A stretch of DNA of 64,000 nucleotides from Octopus sinensis (lineage: Eukaryota). Below the pieces are notes generated by a model. That model was not told the DNA's origin, ran no database searches, and saw nothing but the letters and a program-made list of their open reading frames with translations. Made by a program: the position numbers and the translations under genes. How positions within the stretch are numbered: the stretch's first letter is position 1; every line of letters begins with the position of its first letter. Shown in pieces: positions 63,398 through 64,000 of this stretch. The stretch covers positions 46,872,001 through 46,936,000 of the forward strand of contig NC_042998.1 of NCBI RefSeq assembly GCF_006345805.1. The letters are read 5' to 3'.

Positions 63398-63697
63398 AGG
63401 CGCAATGGCCTAGTGGTTAGGGCAGCGGACTCGGGGTCGCAGGATCGCGGTTTCGGGTCCCAGACCGGGCGTTGTGAGTGTTTATTGAGCGAAAACACCT
63501 AAAAGCTCCACGAGCTCCGGCAGGGGGTGGTGATCCCTGCTGTACTCTTTCACCACTCTTTCTCTCACTCTTTCTTCTGTTGGCCTGCTCGCTTAGCCAG
63601 CGGGGTGGCGTTATTCGAAGGCTAAAACAATGCGAACGCATTGTGACCAGCGATGTGTAACAACATCTGATGGTCTGGTCGGTCACGTGATCACGTG
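63396..63697 (+). mobile_element. tRNA-derived SINE, family D (Arg-tRNA-like head)
   Basis: GGAGGCGCAATGGCCTAGTGGTTAGGGCAGCGGACTCGG..GGTTTCGGGTCCC head; related copy at 42590-42825. Confidence 0.85.
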
Positions 63698-64000
63698 ATA
63701 TATATATATATATGTATGTATGTACATACACAAACACAAATACACAAGCACACACACGCACACACACACGTATGTGTGTGTGTATGTGTGTATGTATTGC
63801 TCATATTTGCGTTGTCGGGCAAAAGCATTTAGACGGACTCTACGCTTCTTATTTAAAAGTGTGTATTGAATGTGTACATGATATCCAAGATTACAAAACA
63901 CCACATCTAGAGTTAGGTACATATCAAGAAAAACGACCATACACCTGTATATATACACACACACATTACACACGCACACATACACGCACGCACACATACA

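Noticed and set aside
63396-63470. tRNA gene (also other SINE heads)
   Set aside because: A and B boxes are present, but there is no complete cloverleaf or acceptor stem, and the head continues into a SINE body

Overview
AT-rich, microsatellite-saturated eukaryotic DNA whose repeat content suggests an octopus (cephalopod) genome; this is inference. There is a 100-N gap at 5982-6081. No complete host gene is visible, only one 67-bp exon candidate, and most short ORFs in the track are microsatellite translations. Recognisable mobile elements: (1) a young 5'-truncated Tx1/L1-clade LINE (10866-13820) sitting in a (TATC)n tract; (2) several R4/Dong-type RT/RLE fragments; (3) Penelope-like element (PLE) RT and GIY-YIG remnants; (4) three mariner relics; (5) MITEs and Helitron-like pieces; (6) dozens of copies of four tRNA-derived SINE families, labelled A-D here. 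The main unexpected signal is a set of type I hammerhead ribozymes (HHRs). The best case is a non-coding ~488-bp monomer at 40641-42067, arranged as a tandem plus head-to-head inverted array between (TA)n tracts, with three identical canonical HHRs, a long stem II and an adjacent H-type pseudoknot. It looks like a young retrozyme (circular-RNA retroelement). Other HHR-bearing fold-back insertions (32038-32837, 57822-58211) share this head-to-head architecture. Several further motifs carry non-canonical cores (U3-A8 covariant, U6, C4). SINE family A also shares its 3' tail with the Tx1 LINE. All folds and alignments were done by eye; coordinates of decayed repeats are approximate.
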